A DNA stretch of 42,481 bases from Alphaproteobacteria bacterium. GTDB lineage: Bacteria > Pseudomonadota > Alphaproteobacteria > Caedimonadales > UBA9215. How positions within the stretch are numbered: the stretch's first letter is position 1; every line of letters begins with the position of its first letter. Location: the NCBI GenBank assembly GCA_024280495.1, contig JAJRPZ010000068.1, forward strand, positions 1 to 42,481. The letters run 5' to 3'. This document shows positions 1-9,201 of this stretch, in pieces. The notes beneath the pieces are model-generated. The model was not told the DNA's origin and did not search any database. It saw only the letters and a list, made by a program, of their open reading frames with translations. Made by a program: the position numbers and the translations under genes.

Positions 1-2
1 CT

Positions 3-572
3 ACCTTTGCAAAAGGTGTGACGGCATCTTCAATTTTAGAGGATACTACAAATTCAATAAAGAGTATTGGAACTCATCATCCTTCTGCAAAAACAACTAA
101 TGTTGCAGCACCATCCGCTCCCTCTGATACAAAACCATCAAGATCAATGATTCGAGGTGTCATTCAAGCAACTGGAAAATCACAGGGGCAAGCCCACAGT
201 TCCGCATTCAAAATGCCTTACAATATCATCCCCATCGACCCTAATAATGGCGATGTGACTTTCGGTTCTAGTGGTGACGTTTCCAGTAGTGTCGCACAGA
301 AAATGGGTGCTCAGTCTGCACCACCAATGCCCCTCAAGTCAGGTACGGCAAAATACGCCACCGTTTCTGGTGGTTCAATGCCCATATCTGGAAGTGTACT
401 TAATAAGGCACGTGTTTCTGATGCTCTAAAGAGAAAACTTAAAGAAAAGTCTGAGAAAGAAAAACTTCTCCATGATATGGCTGGGATTCCTTACTCTAAA
501 AAACGAGCAGATCAAACTAAACATATCTCTATTCAGGTAAGGGAAGCCACAACAGCTGCTACACTAGATTGA
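3..572 (+). CDS. hypothetical protein, C-terminal part (ORF open to the left window edge); Ser/Pro/Ala/Lys-rich low complexity
   Basis: The frame starting at nt 3 has no stop until TGA at 570-572, so the GTG at 18 is probably internal. No recognisable domain or motif. Confidence 0.45.
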   Translation, partial: TFAKGVTASSILEDTTNSIKSIGTHHPSAKTTNVAAPSAPSDTKPSRSMIRGVIQATGKSQGQAHSSAFKMPYNIIPIDPNNGDVTFGSSGDVSSSVAQKMGAQSAPPMPLKSGTAKYATVSGGSMPISGSVLNKARVSDALKRKLKEKSEKEKLLHDMAGIPYSKKRADQTKHISIQVREATTAATLD

Positions 573-615
573 AAAATATTTCAAAATATTTTTTTGCATC
601 ACAGGCGCTTTTTCC

Positions 616-644
616 TTGACCCTTTTCTTTTGTCCCGCTAGAAA
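616..644 (+). promoter_or_regulatory. candidate sigma-70 promoter for tRNA-His (TTGACC-17 nt-TAGAAA)
   Basis: TTGACC at 616-621, a 17-nt spacer, TAGAAA at 639-644, about 20 nt upstream of the tRNA. The GCTAGAAATA string is shared with the tRNA-Val upstream region (34678-34687). Confidence 0.4.
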
Positions 645-665
645 TATATTATAGTTTTTAACTAT

Positions 666-743
666 GGCGGGTGTAGCTCAGTCGGTTAGAGCGCCAGTTT
701 GTGGCACTGGAGGCCGTGGGTTCAATTCCCATCACTCGCCCCA
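666..743 (+). tRNA. tRNA-His (anticodon GUG) with genome-encoded G-1 and 3' CCA
   Basis: Manual cloverleaf: acceptor GCGGGTG/CACTCGC, D arm GCTC..GAGC, anticodon stem CCAGT/ACTGG with loop TTGTGGC, T arm GTGGG-TTCAATT-CCCAT. An extra 5' G at 666 can pair with discriminator C740. CCA at 741-743. Confidence 0.93.
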
Positions 744-818
744 TTTTTTCTTAGGGCTCATTATAATGGGTGACATGAAAGTGGTAGTTTGAAAATTATA
801 TATACTATTAGTGTTGAT

Positions 819-908
819 GGATGGGTGGCCGAGCGGTTGAAGGCACCGGTCTTGAAAACCGGCAAGGGTGAAAGCTCTTCGTGGGTTCGAATCCCACCCC
901 ATCCGCCA
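819..908 (+). tRNA. tRNA-Ser (anticodon UGA), long variable arm, encoded CCA
   Basis: Acceptor GGATGGG/CCCATCC, anticodon stem CCGGT/ACCGG with loop CTTGAAA, long variable arm (AAGGGTGAAAGCTCTTC), T arm GTGGG-TTCGAAT-CCCAC, discriminator G, CCA at 906-908. Confidence 0.93.
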
Positions 909-1014
909 CTATAGTATTTTTTTTAAAAAAATCCTGTCTGAATATTCCAATCTAGGAATAAAAGATCAATCCCCATAACTTATAAGCGTGGGAGTGACTG
1001 TCAAAATACCTATA
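909..1014 (+). repeat. copy A of a dispersed ~105-bp palindromic (MITE/RPE-like) element, starting directly after the tRNA-Ser CCA
   Basis: Starts CTATAGT. Contains ATTCCAATCTAGGA and CATAACTTATAAGCGTGGGAGTGACTG, matching ATTCCAGTCTAGGA and CTATAACTTATAGGCGCGGGAGTGATTG of the reference copy at 8890-8996. Confidence 0.6.
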
Positions 1015-1108
1015 AACTTCATCTACAAGCCCCCTTCCAAAGATTCCTTGCGAAACATCCTGATTTCAGTTACTTTGAGCCCATATTAACGGCATCAAGG
1101 AGCATAAA

Positions 1109-2782
1109 ATGACTCAATATATCTACACCATGCAAAAGGTTAGCAAAACCTACCCTGGCGGTAAACAGGTCATAAAAGATATTTCTTTATCTTTTATTCC
1201 TGGAGCAAAAATTGGTGTAATTGGTGTTAACGGCTCTGGTAAATCCAGTTTTATGAAAATTGTTGCAGGACTTGATGCGGAATTTGGCGGTGAAGCTTGG
1301 GCTGCAGAGGGAACTACCATGGGGTATTTAGCCCAGGAACCTGAACTTGATGGGACGATGACTGTTAAGGAAAACATCGAAGCCGGCATCACGGAAATTT
1401 CAGGACTTCTTAAAAAATTCGAAGAGGTCAGCGGTCGTTTCGGCGAAGAAATGAGTGATGATGAAATGAATGCTCTTATCGAAGAGCAAGGTGATCTGCA
1501 AGATAAAATAGAATCTGTTGATGGATGGGATTTGGAACGCCGCATTGAAATTGCCATGGATGCGTTGCGCTGCCCCCCTGCTGATAGTGACATTACAAGT
1601 CTTTCTGGGGGAGAAAAACGTCGTGTCGCTCTTTGTCGTCTATTGATGCAGCAGCCTGATATTCTTCTTCTTGATGAACCAACCAACCACTTGGATGCAG
1701 AGTCCGTTGCTTGGCTAGATCAACATTTGCAAAATTACAAAGGCATGGTTTTGTTGGTAACCCATGACAGGTATTTCTTGGACAATGTGGTGGATTGGGT
1801 TCTTGAATTAGATCGTGGCCAAGGTATTCCCTTTAAAGCTAATTACTCAGCTTGGCTCGAGCAAAAACATAAGCGCCTTGTGCAAGAAGAAAATATCGAA
1901 TCTAATCGTCAAAAAACATTGGCAAACGAGCTTGAGTGGATAAGACAATCACCAAAAGCGCGACAAGCTAAAAACAAAGCGCGTATTCAATCCTATGATC
2001 AATTGTTGAATCAAGACATTGGAGAAAGACTCAAAACCGCTCAAATCATGATTCCTGCAGGTCCTCGTTTGGGGAGTCAGGTTCTCGAACTCAACAATGT
2101 CAGCAAGTCTCACGGCGATAAATTTCTCATTGATGATCTTTCTTTTAAAATGCCTCCTGGGGCCATTGTTGGGGTTATAGGGCCAAACGGTGCTGGTAAG
2201 ACAACCCTCACAAAAATGATAACAGGAGCTGAAAAGCCTGATAGTGGCGAAGTTATTATCGGGGAAACCGTGCAACTTGCCTATGTGGATCAAGCCCGTG
2301 ATCACCTTGATAATGATAAAACCGTTTGGGAGGAGATTTCCGATGGTCTTGATGAAATTGAACTCGGTAAAGCAAAAATGCAAAGCCGTGCGTACTGTGG
2401 CCGTTTTAATTTCAAGGGAAGTGATCAACAAAAACGTATGGGGCAACTCTCTGGTGGCGAGCGCAATCGTGTTCACTTGGCAAAAATCCTTAAAAGTGGC
2501 GCCAATTTGATCTTGCTCGATGAGCCAACAAATGACTTGGATGTTGATACATTACGTGCCCTTGAAGAAGCTCTCGTTAATTTTGCAGGCTGCGCCATTG
2601 TGGTGAGCCATGATCGCTGGTTTTTGGATCGTATAGCAACTCATATTTTAGCCTTTGAAGGCGATAGTCATGTTGAATGGTTTGAAGGTAACTATGCAGA
2701 CTACGAAAAAGACCGCAAACGCCGCCTTGGTGATACTGCCCTCACCCCAACACGTATAAAATATAAACCTTTAATGCGATAA
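1109..2782 (+). CDS. ettA: energy-dependent translational throttle protein EttA (ABC-F ATPase, two ABC domains)
   Basis: 557 aa. The N-terminus [47 protein letters not shown] is typical of EttA. Two Walker A motifs ([16 protein letters not shown]), two LSGGE signature motifs and two LLLDEPTN(H/D)LD Walker B motifs. AAGGAG RBS upstream. Confidence 0.95.
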   Translation: MTQYIYTMQKVSKTYPGGKQVIKDISLSFIPGAKIGVIGVNGSGKSSFMKIVAGLDAEFGGEAWAAEGTTMGYLAQEPELDGTMTVKENIEAGITEISGLLKKFEEVSGRFGEEMSDDEMNALIEEQGDLQDKIESVDGWDLERRIEIAMDALRCPPADSDITSLSGGEKRRVALCRLLMQQPDILLLDEPTNHLDAESVAWLDQHLQNYKGMVLLVTHDRYFLDNVVDWVLELDRGQGIPFKANYSAWLEQKHKRLVQEENIESNRQKTLANELEWIRQSPKARQAKNKARIQSYDQLLNQDIGERLKTAQIMIPAGPRLGSQVLELNNVSKSHGDKFLIDDLSFKMPPGAIVGVIGPNGAGKTTLTKMITGAEKPDSGEVIIGETVQLAYVDQARDHLDNDKTVWEEISDGLDEIELGKAKMQSRAYCGRFNFKGSDQQKRMGQLSGGERNRVHLAKILKSGANLILLDEPTNDLDVDTLRALEEALVNFAGCAIVVSHDRWFLDRIATHILAFEGDSHVEWFEGNYADYEKDRKRRLGDTALTPTRIKYKPLMR

Positions 2783-2809
2783 ACAACTGTCATTCATCAT
2801 ATAAATAAG

Positions 2810-2837
2810 ACCTCGGATTTTTTCTGAGGTTTTTTTT
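2810..2837 (+). terminator. rho-independent terminator after ettA
   Basis: 8-bp stem ACCTCGGA/TCTGAGGT (one G-U pair), 5-nt loop, then T7 at 2831-2837. Confidence 0.65.
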
Positions 2838-2990
2838 ATGGAGATTTTTTTACCATTGGATAATATTTTTTTAAAAAAGATATATTTAAGGATCTGTTAA
2901 TACTCATTCTGTAGACATAAAACTGTAGTTTTTTTTAATATAAACGCTGGGTCATTGATAAGGCTTTCGCGTCGACTTTAAGGTATTTAA

Positions 2991-4682
2991 ATGATGCAAC
3001 AAAATATAAGTTGGTGTCAAAAAGTTCTTCTTGCTCATTGGCAGACCAAGGTAGCCCCCATAGTCATCATTATGATAATGCTTTCTCTATTTTCACAAAT
3101 ATCATTGGCTTCGGTGAAGCAAAATAACACGATTCAAGAAAAACAAATATCTTTAGATAAATATTTAAACACAACAAAATCTTTAAATTCTAAAAATGAA
3201 TTGTTGCGTAATGCTGCACGCTTTTATCAAGCTCGCCATTTTGAATCTTATTGGTATGATGGAAAAAAGCTGACTAGAAAAGCTCAAGAAGTTCTTAAAA
3301 CCCTGAACAATGCCCACCATGAAGGGTTGAATCCAAGAAATTATAGAGATGCGCTTGTGGCTGTTGATCAGGCTAATAGAGATCCTTCCAAAATAACGAA
3401 AGCTGAAATTGTATTAACATCCTATGCTCTTGAATATATTGATGATTTATTCGGGGAACGCCTTAATCCAAAACGCATAAAAAAAGAGTTATACATCAAA
3501 GCAAAAACCGTTGATGCAGTTTCCATTGCGCAAAATAAATCAAAAAAAGATCCTTCTTGGAAATGGTTTTCCTCCCTTACTCTAAAATACCCCGCTTACC
3601 AAATGTTAAAAAAAGAATTAAATGCCACTCGCGAACGATTAGTTAAAAGTCCTTATCCAGAGATATCCAATGGTGCTAAATTGGAAAAGGGTACAAAAGG
3701 TGGTCGTGTTGAAACGTTGCAATGGCAACTTTCAGCCCTTGGTTATTTGCGCCAAATTGTAACTCAAGGAGAGATCGATAAGGTAACGGACCAAGCCATT
3801 CGGGACTTTCAGAAAAGTAATAATCTTAAAATTGACGGTGTCGTTGGACCAATAACAATTGCTGCTTTAAATAGTTACAATCTTAAAAGGCGCATCCAAA
3901 AACTTATTGTCTCTATGGAACGATGGCGTTGGTTGCCTGAGGATTTGGGACAACGTTATGTTTTTGTAAATATTGCAGGATTTGATTTGAAGGCCGTTGA
4001 AAATGGTGAAACGCGTTTGCGTATGCCAGTTATTATTGGACGTAACTATCGAAAGACACCAGTTTTTTCTTCGGAAATCTATTCAATTCGTTTTAACCCA
4101 TCATGGCATGTGCCACGTAGCATTGCAGTAAAAGATAAGTTGCGTAAAATTAAAAAGGATCCAGGGTATTTAGATCGTGGGAATTTTGTTTTATATGATG
4201 CCTCAGGTTCTCAAATTAACCCCAACAGTGTTGATTGGTCTTTGGTTTCAGCGAAGAATTTCAATTATCGTTTGCGTCAAAAACCAGGGGCGCACAATGC
4301 CTTGGGGAAAATCCGTTTTTCCATCAAAACGACCTCTAATATTTATTTACATTCAACACCTAATAAGGCCCTATTTAATAAGGCCAAGCGCGCATTTAGT
4401 TCAGGATGTATTCGTGTTGGAAACCCTCAAGATCTGGCCGAATTTGTCTTTAAGGGAATGGATGATTGGACCTCCAAAAAAATTACTGCCAATATGGAAG
4501 GACTTCAAACGAAAAATGTATCTTTAAAAAATCCAGTGAAAGTTTATATAACTTACTTCACTATCTGGATGGGAGATGATAATAAACTGAAATATAGTCA
4601 AGATTTATATGGTCAAGATGCCGCCATTTGGAATGCGTTACAACAACGAACTGCGCCTAGGTTAAGATTGGCTCAATTTTGA
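2991..4682 (+). CDS. L,D-transpeptidase (YkuD catalytic domain) with a peptidoglycan-binding domain, YcbB/LdtD-like
   Basis: 563 aa. N-terminal hydrophobic anchor. PG_binding_1-like DGVVGPITIAALN. Catalytic motif IYLHSTPNKALFNKAKRAFSSGCIRV (His ... Ser-x-Gly-Cys-Ile-Arg). Confidence 0.85.
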   Translation: MMQQNISWCQKVLLAHWQTKVAPIVIIMIMLSLFSQISLASVKQNNTIQEKQISLDKYLNTTKSLNSKNELLRNAARFYQARHFESYWYDGKKLTRKAQEVLKTLNNAHHEGLNPRNYRDALVAVDQANRDPSKITKAEIVLTSYALEYIDDLFGERLNPKRIKKELYIKAKTVDAVSIAQNKSKKDPSWKWFSSLTLKYPAYQMLKKELNATRERLVKSPYPEISNGAKLEKGTKGGRVETLQWQLSALGYLRQIVTQGEIDKVTDQAIRDFQKSNNLKIDGVVGPITIAALNSYNLKRRIQKLIVSMERWRWLPEDLGQRYVFVNIAGFDLKAVENGETRLRMPVIIGRNYRKTPVFSSEIYSIRFNPSWHVPRSIAVKDKLRKIKKDPGYLDRGNFVLYDASGSQINPNSVDWSLVSAKNFNYRLRQKPGAHNALGKIRFSIKTTSNIYLHSTPNKALFNKAKRAFSSGCIRVGNPQDLAEFVFKGMDDWTSKKITANMEGLQTKNVSLKNPVKVYITYFTIWMGDDNKLKYSQDLYGQDAAIWNALQQRTAPRLRLAQF

Positions 4683-4704
4683 TAGGACTTCTGAACTAAT
4701 CAAC

Positions 4705-4760
4705 AATAAGTCATAAACCCTGCCCTCGCCCCTAGACTGGAACATGTTGGAACACTACAG
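4705..4760 (-). repeat. copy D (inverted orientation, roughly half length) of the dispersed palindromic element, filling the ldt/MFS convergent spacer
   Basis: The reverse complement reads CTGTAGTGTTCCAACATGTTCCAGTCTAGGGGCGAGGGCAGGGTTTATGACTTATT. Compare CTATAGTCATTCCCAAAACATTCCAGTCTAGGAGCGAGGGACCAACGCCTATAACTTATAGG at 8889-8950. Confidence 0.6.
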
Positions 4761-6083
4761 TTGCACTAATTGATCAGTTTTATTCTCTAATTTGCCCTTG
4801 AGGGGTTTCATGAAATAACAAGCCAGCAAAGCAATTAATAGAGAAAGTGTAACAACGGACAAGCCATAAATATAAGAATCAGCTGAGTAGACTACGCTTT
4901 CGTTCATTGTCGCACTAGCTCCTTTATCCATAAAATAACCAATAATCGGTTGCGATAGAACGCCACTAAACATACACATCATATTGTGCACACCAGAGGA
5001 CGTTGCCGTTCTCGAACGACAATTTAAGGCCGATATAGCTGAGAAGGAGAGAAATTGCCCCCCCAATCCAAGACCACAAATCAGAAGTAATACTCCAACG
5101 GTAAATAACGTTAATTCTGGTAAATAAAGCATTGCAGCAAAACTGAGAAAAGAAATTAAACCAGCAAAAAACAATGACTTACGATAACTTTCTAATTTTG
5201 CATGTACAAAGGACCATAGAGGGGCGCTTATACCAACGCCAAGATAAATCAACCATGACATATCCGTCGCAATGGCACGACTCACACTATAAGTATCTTC
5301 AATATAGGCTGCCCCCCAGAGATCGCAAAAACCACTTAATGGCATGTACATGGCAAGACCATAAATTCCTATAACCCAGGACATAGGCTCTGTGAAAATT
5401 GCTTTAAAAGATTGAGTTACATGAGTTACTTCTTGTTTCACAGACCGTATTTTTTTAGGTGAAACAATTTTCACATCTTTCACTATAAACCAAGACAGCA
5501 CGGCAAGAACACCACCACTTATGGCTAAAAGTTGCAGAGCAGACTGCCAACCTAATACATCTAATAAATAAACAAGAGGTGATCCTGCGACTTTGGCTCC
5601 TAGGGTTCCAGCAAGGAGGGTAAGCCCCACAAACAAGGGCATTTTTTTCGGATCAAACCAGAGGGAAGCTACTTTTACATTACTGAGAAACGCAAATGAA
5701 GAACCGATCCCCATCATTAATCGAGCAAGAGTTAGAATAATAGAACTTTCTGCAATGGCGAAAAGTAAAACACCAAGGGAACACATGATGATTGCAAATA
5801 CAACGGGCAATTTGACGCCGACACGATCCAAGATAATGCCTGCTGGAAGTTGCATCACAACATAGCCGATATAGTAAAATGACATAATGCTACCAAGGGT
5901 AACGGCATCAAAGCCATAAGCGACCATCAGGCTGTCGGTACAAGCATTGGGAGAAACACGTAAAATAAATTGAAAGAAGTAAAAGAGAGCGACACTTCCC
6001 CAAATAAGCAGGCCTTTTTTAAATTTTTCTTCTTTGGTTAAATTGTTATGTTGAGCACCTTTAGATGCTAAATGAGAAGTCAT
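4755..6083 (-). CDS. MFS transporter (substrate unknown)
   Basis: 442 aa with about 12 hydrophobic segments. MFS loop motif AGIILDRVG. Confidence 0.8.
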   Translation of the reverse strand: MTSHLASKGAQHNNLTKEEKFKKGLLIWGSVALFYFFQFILRVSPNACTDSLMVAYGFDAVTLGSIMSFYYIGYVVMQLPAGIILDRVGVKLPVVFAIIMCSLGVLLFAIAESSIILTLARLMMGIGSSFAFLSNVKVASLWFDPKKMPLFVGLTLLAGTLGAKVAGSPLVYLLDVLGWQSALQLLAISGGVLAVLSWFIVKDVKIVSPKKIRSVKQEVTHVTQSFKAIFTEPMSWVIGIYGLAMYMPLSGFCDLWGAAYIEDTYSVSRAIATDMSWLIYLGVGISAPLWSFVHAKLESYRKSLFFAGLISFLSFAAMLYLPELTLFTVGVLLLICGLGLGGQFLSFSAISALNCRSRTATSSGVHNMMCMFSGVLSQPIIGYFMDKGASATMNESVVYSADSYIYGLSVVTLSLLIALLACYFMKPLKGKLENKTDQLVQL

Positions 6084-6319
6084 AGGATACCTTGTTTTTT
6101 GTTTCCATCTTTTTGCGAGAAGTCATAATTGATTTATCTACAAAAGCACGGGACTTATATTTCAAGAGAGACTCAAACACGTTCTTCCCCGATAAACACC
6201 ATCAAATTATATGGTGTAAAATGACTATTTGTAAAGAAAATTAAAATATTTTTTAATAAAAAGTTCATTATTAATCCTGAGTGCTTCACTTTTTTACCAG
6301 AAAATGCTATGTTCAATCT

Positions 6320-6649
6320 ATGTTATTACGAGATCTGCGCCGACGCGCCAGAAAATACTCTTTTCAGAGCCTGACTCTCTGTCTTGTTCTTTATTTCCTC
6401 TTTCACCTGATCCAAGGGGCACGGGGTATTGTGACTCTAAGATCCCTAGAAACAGCCCTTGAAACATCAAAAAAAAACTTAACGACCTTAAAGGGAAAAC
6501 ACGCTCAATTGGGACACAGAGTAAGCCTTATGAAACCAGGGGCGGTATGCCCAGATATTCTTGAAGAGCAAGTGAAATCTGTTTTAGGGTATACTCGTAA
6601 AGGTGAGAAAATTGTCGTCCAACCTAAAAAAAAGACTCTTTTGCCATAG
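6320..6649 (+). CDS. ftsB: septum formation initiator family protein (FtsB/DivIC-like)
   Basis: One TM segment (LTLCLVLYFLFHLI) followed by a coiled coil and the family-typical ...DILEEQVKSVLGY.. tail. The ORF is open from GTG 6281; ATG 6320 gives a typical length of about 109 aa. Start is uncertain. Confidence 0.6.
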   Translation: MLLRDLRRRARKYSFQSLTLCLVLYFLFHLIQGARGIVTLRSLETALETSKKNLTTLKGKHAQLGHRVSLMKPGAVCPDILEEQVKSVLGYTRKGEKIVVQPKKKTLLP

Positions 6650-6735
6650 AGGACCCATAAATTCGGCTGCAGTATTTTCATGATAAATCTGTTAGTCTAT
6701 CTTTGTACAAAAATAGCTCATTAGGTTTTAGAACT

Positions 6736-7515
6736 ATGTCAGAAAAACACATTTCCATTAATCATCATTTTGAAAAAAACCACGCTGATAAATTCCCTTT
6801 TAAACGTGTCTGTTTGAAACTTTCAGGGGAAGCTCTTATGGGGAGAGAGTCTTTTGGCTTAGACCCTGCCGTAGTTTCACGTGTCGCCAGTGAGATTAAA
6901 ACCGTTTATGAAAGCGGTATAGAGCTCTGCATCGTTATTGGTGGCGGTAATATTTTTCGTGGTATTAGTGGCGCTAGCCAAGGTATGGACCGCACCAGCT
7001 CTGATTACATGGGGATGATGGCAACGGTTATTAATGCCCTTGCCCTTCAAAATGCTCTAGAGCGCATTGATGTAAATGCCCGCGTTCAATCTGCCATTCC
7101 CATGGAAACCGTTTGCGAATCTTATATTCGCCGAAGAGCCGTGAATCACCTCAAGAAAAAACGGGTTATCATTTTTGCAGCAGGAACTGGAAACCCTTAC
7201 TTTACAACGGATACAACGGCCGTTTTGCGCGCATCAGAAATGAATTGCGACATTCTATTGAAAGGTACTAAAGTTGATGGTATTTACACAGCTGATCCGA
7301 CAACAAATCCAGATGCCACAAAATACAATCACCTTACTTATGAAACAGTTATTCGAGATAAGCTTAACGTTATGGATATGGCTGCCATTGCTCTTGCAAG
7401 GGATAATAAACTTCCTCTCATGGTTTTTTCCATCAATGAGCCTGGAACTTTTAAAAAGTGCCTTGAGGGATCGGGAAACTGTACAGTTGTCGATACTTGC
7501 GATCTTTTCACATAA
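6736..7515 (+). CDS. pyrH: UMP kinase
   Basis: KRVCLKLSGEALMG, IVIGGGNIFRG and GNPYFTTDTTAVLRA motifs. The ORF track starts at TTG 6703; ATG 6736 is the more likely start. Confidence 0.95.
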   Translation: MSEKHISINHHFEKNHADKFPFKRVCLKLSGEALMGRESFGLDPAVVSRVASEIKTVYESGIELCIVIGGGNIFRGISGASQGMDRTSSDYMGMMATVINALALQNALERIDVNARVQSAIPMETVCESYIRRRAVNHLKKKRVIIFAAGTGNPYFTTDTTAVLRASEMNCDILLKGTKVDGIYTADPTTNPDATKYNHLTYETVIRDKLNVMDMAAIALARDNKLPLMVFSINEPGTFKKCLEGSGNCTVVDTCDLFT

Positions 7516-7616
7516 TCAACCTCTCCCCAGTGGATTGACTATATTCCCTTGCGATTCTAAATTTCTCGGTATATCTTCTAATTAGAAAATAAAATTTTGA
7601 TATAAAAGACTTAACT

Positions 7617-8171
7617 ATGACTTTCTTACTCTCTGATTATAAAAAAAACATGCAAAGCTCCCTAGACGCCCTTCATAAAGAATTTGTGGGTCTCCGTACG
7701 GGACGAGCTTCAACAAATCTTTTGGAACCCGTTACCGTTGAGGCTTATGGCTCTCGCATGCCTATGACGCAAGTCGGCACCGTGAGCGCCCCCGATGCAC
7801 GGCTATTGACTGTTCAAGTTTGGGATAAAGATATGGTAAAGGCCGTTGAAAAATCTATCCGTGAGGCTGGACTTGGTCTTAATCCAACAACAGAAGGTCA
7901 AGTTATCCGCATTCCCATTCCTGATCTCACAGAAGATCGCCGTAAGGAATTAACAAAAATTGCTTCGAAATTCGCAGAGCAAACCAAAATTTCAGTCCGT
8001 AACGTACGTCGTGATGCTATGGATGAAATCAAAATGCTTGAGAAAGACGGAGATATATCCGAAGATGATTTGCATCGCCACAACAAAGAGGTACAAGATT
8101 TGACTGATTCTTTTATCAAAAAAGTTGATGACATGCTTTCAGCTAAAGAAAAAGATATCTTAACTGTTTGA
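7617..8171 (+). CDS. frr: ribosome recycling factor
   Basis: 184 aa. [31 protein letters not shown] and VRNVRRDA motifs. Canonical pyrH-frr adjacency. Confidence 0.97.
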   Translation: MTFLLSDYKKNMQSSLDALHKEFVGLRTGRASTNLLEPVTVEAYGSRMPMTQVGTVSAPDARLLTVQVWDKDMVKAVEKSIREAGLGLNPTTEGQVIRIPIPDLTEDRRKELTKIASKFAEQTKISVRNVRRDAMDEIKMLEKDGDISEDDLHRHNKEVQDLTDSFIKKVDDMLSAKEKDILTV

Positions 8172-8221
8172 TTAAATAACAAATAACAAATATCAATTAA
8201 CGTATTAAGGGTGCAAAAGTC

Positions 8222-8860
8222 ATGGGATCTAGAGTTTTAAAATTATTATTTATCACCTTGATTCTTTTGTGCCTTTTGAGTATCTTTCTTTATTTCAACC
8301 GTCCCCCCTCTTCTCTTGAGGGTACGTCAAGTAATTCTATTGCCTCTGTTAAAGTTGGAAAATCCTATGGTCAAGCCACTATTGGTGGTCCCTTTAAATT
8401 AATAGACCAAAATGGGAAAACGAGGACTCAAGCCGACTTTAAGGGTAAATTCATGATTGTGTATTTTGGCTATAGTTTTTGTCCAGATATATGTCCAGCG
8501 GCTCTTTATAATATGACTCAAGCCTTTGATGAACTTTCTTCAAAGGAACTTTCTCAATTCGCCCCCCTTTTTATTACCATTGATCCCGAACGAGATTCCG
8601 TTGAAAACCTCAAAACTTATATGCAAAATTTTCACCCTGCCATCATTGCACTCACGGGGAGTAATGAGAAACTAACTCCTGTCATCAAGGCTTATCGGGT
8701 TTATGCTAAGAAAGCAAAACCAGACGGAACCGCAACGGAGTATTTATTAGATCATTCTTCCATTGTTTACCTTATGGACCGTCAAGGACGCTTTATCACT
8801 TCCTTTAATCACCAAACAGATCCAGAAACAATAGTAAAAACATTACGAGCTGTTCTCTAG
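8222..8860 (+). CDS. SCO1/SenC family copper chaperone (thioredoxin fold)
   Basis: N-terminal TM anchor. FGYSFCPDICP (CxxxC) and the downstream His in LLDHSSIVYLMDRQG are typical of SCO proteins. Confidence 0.88.
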   Translation: MGSRVLKLLFITLILLCLLSIFLYFNRPPSSLEGTSSNSIASVKVGKSYGQATIGGPFKLIDQNGKTRTQADFKGKFMIVYFGYSFCPDICPAALYNMTQAFDELSSKELSQFAPLFITIDPERDSVENLKTYMQNFHPAIIALTGSNEKLTPVIKAYRVYAKKAKPDGTATEYLLDHSSIVYLMDRQGRFITSFNHQTDPETIVKTLRAVL

Positions 8861-8889
8861 TTCATTTCATAAAAAAGACAAATCCTTTC

Positions 8890-8996
8890 TATAGTCATTC
8901 CCAAAACATTCCAGTCTAGGAGCGAGGGACCAACGCCTATAACTTATAGGCGCGGGAGTGATTGACGACGTCTGGAATGTTTTGGGAATGACTATA
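8890..8996. repeat. reference copy B of the dispersed palindromic MITE/RPE-like element (107 bp)
   Basis: Perfect 25-bp terminal inverted repeats, TATAGTCATTCCCAAAACATTCCAG at 8890-8914 and CTGGAATGTTTTGGGAATGACTATA at 8972-8996. Central palindrome GCCTATAACTTATAGGC at 8935-8951. Related copies at 909, 4705, 22964 and 38855. Confidence 0.8.
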
Positions 8997-9201
8997 TTTA
9001 TGATGGTTCCTTTTTGGAATCTCTATAATCCCTACCATTTCCTCCCCCCTCCTTCTCTCTTATTATTCTGTGACTATTTCTTTTGTTTTTGACAATGAGT
9101 TTTATGCAATTCGACCCTTCGTTATTAAAACTTGTATAAATAATGCCTAGTAATTATATATGTAGTGTAAATACTTATTAAACAAAACAAGGGTCTATGA
9201 T

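Noticed and set aside
1150-2510. Long ORFs embedded in ettA: two antisense (178 and 175 aa) and one same-strand, out-of-frame (2244-2510, 88 aa)
   Set aside because: They are entirely contained in the strongly supported ettA CDS, have Ser/Arg/Pro-rich shadow-frame composition and no RBS.
6470-7650. A8-A9 homopolymer runs inside ftsB-like and frr coding regions as phase-variation switches
   Set aside because: The reading frames are intact, the genes are essential housekeeping genes, and long A/T runs are expected in a genome this AT-rich.
9038-9061. 24-nt pure pyrimidine tract (TTTCCTCCCCCCTCCTTCTCTCTT) between the MITE-like repeat and the island, as possible H-DNA or a regulatory element
   Set aside because: It is a single occurrence with no mirror-repeat partner and no recurrence elsewhere in the window. 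Noted only as a compositional oddity.
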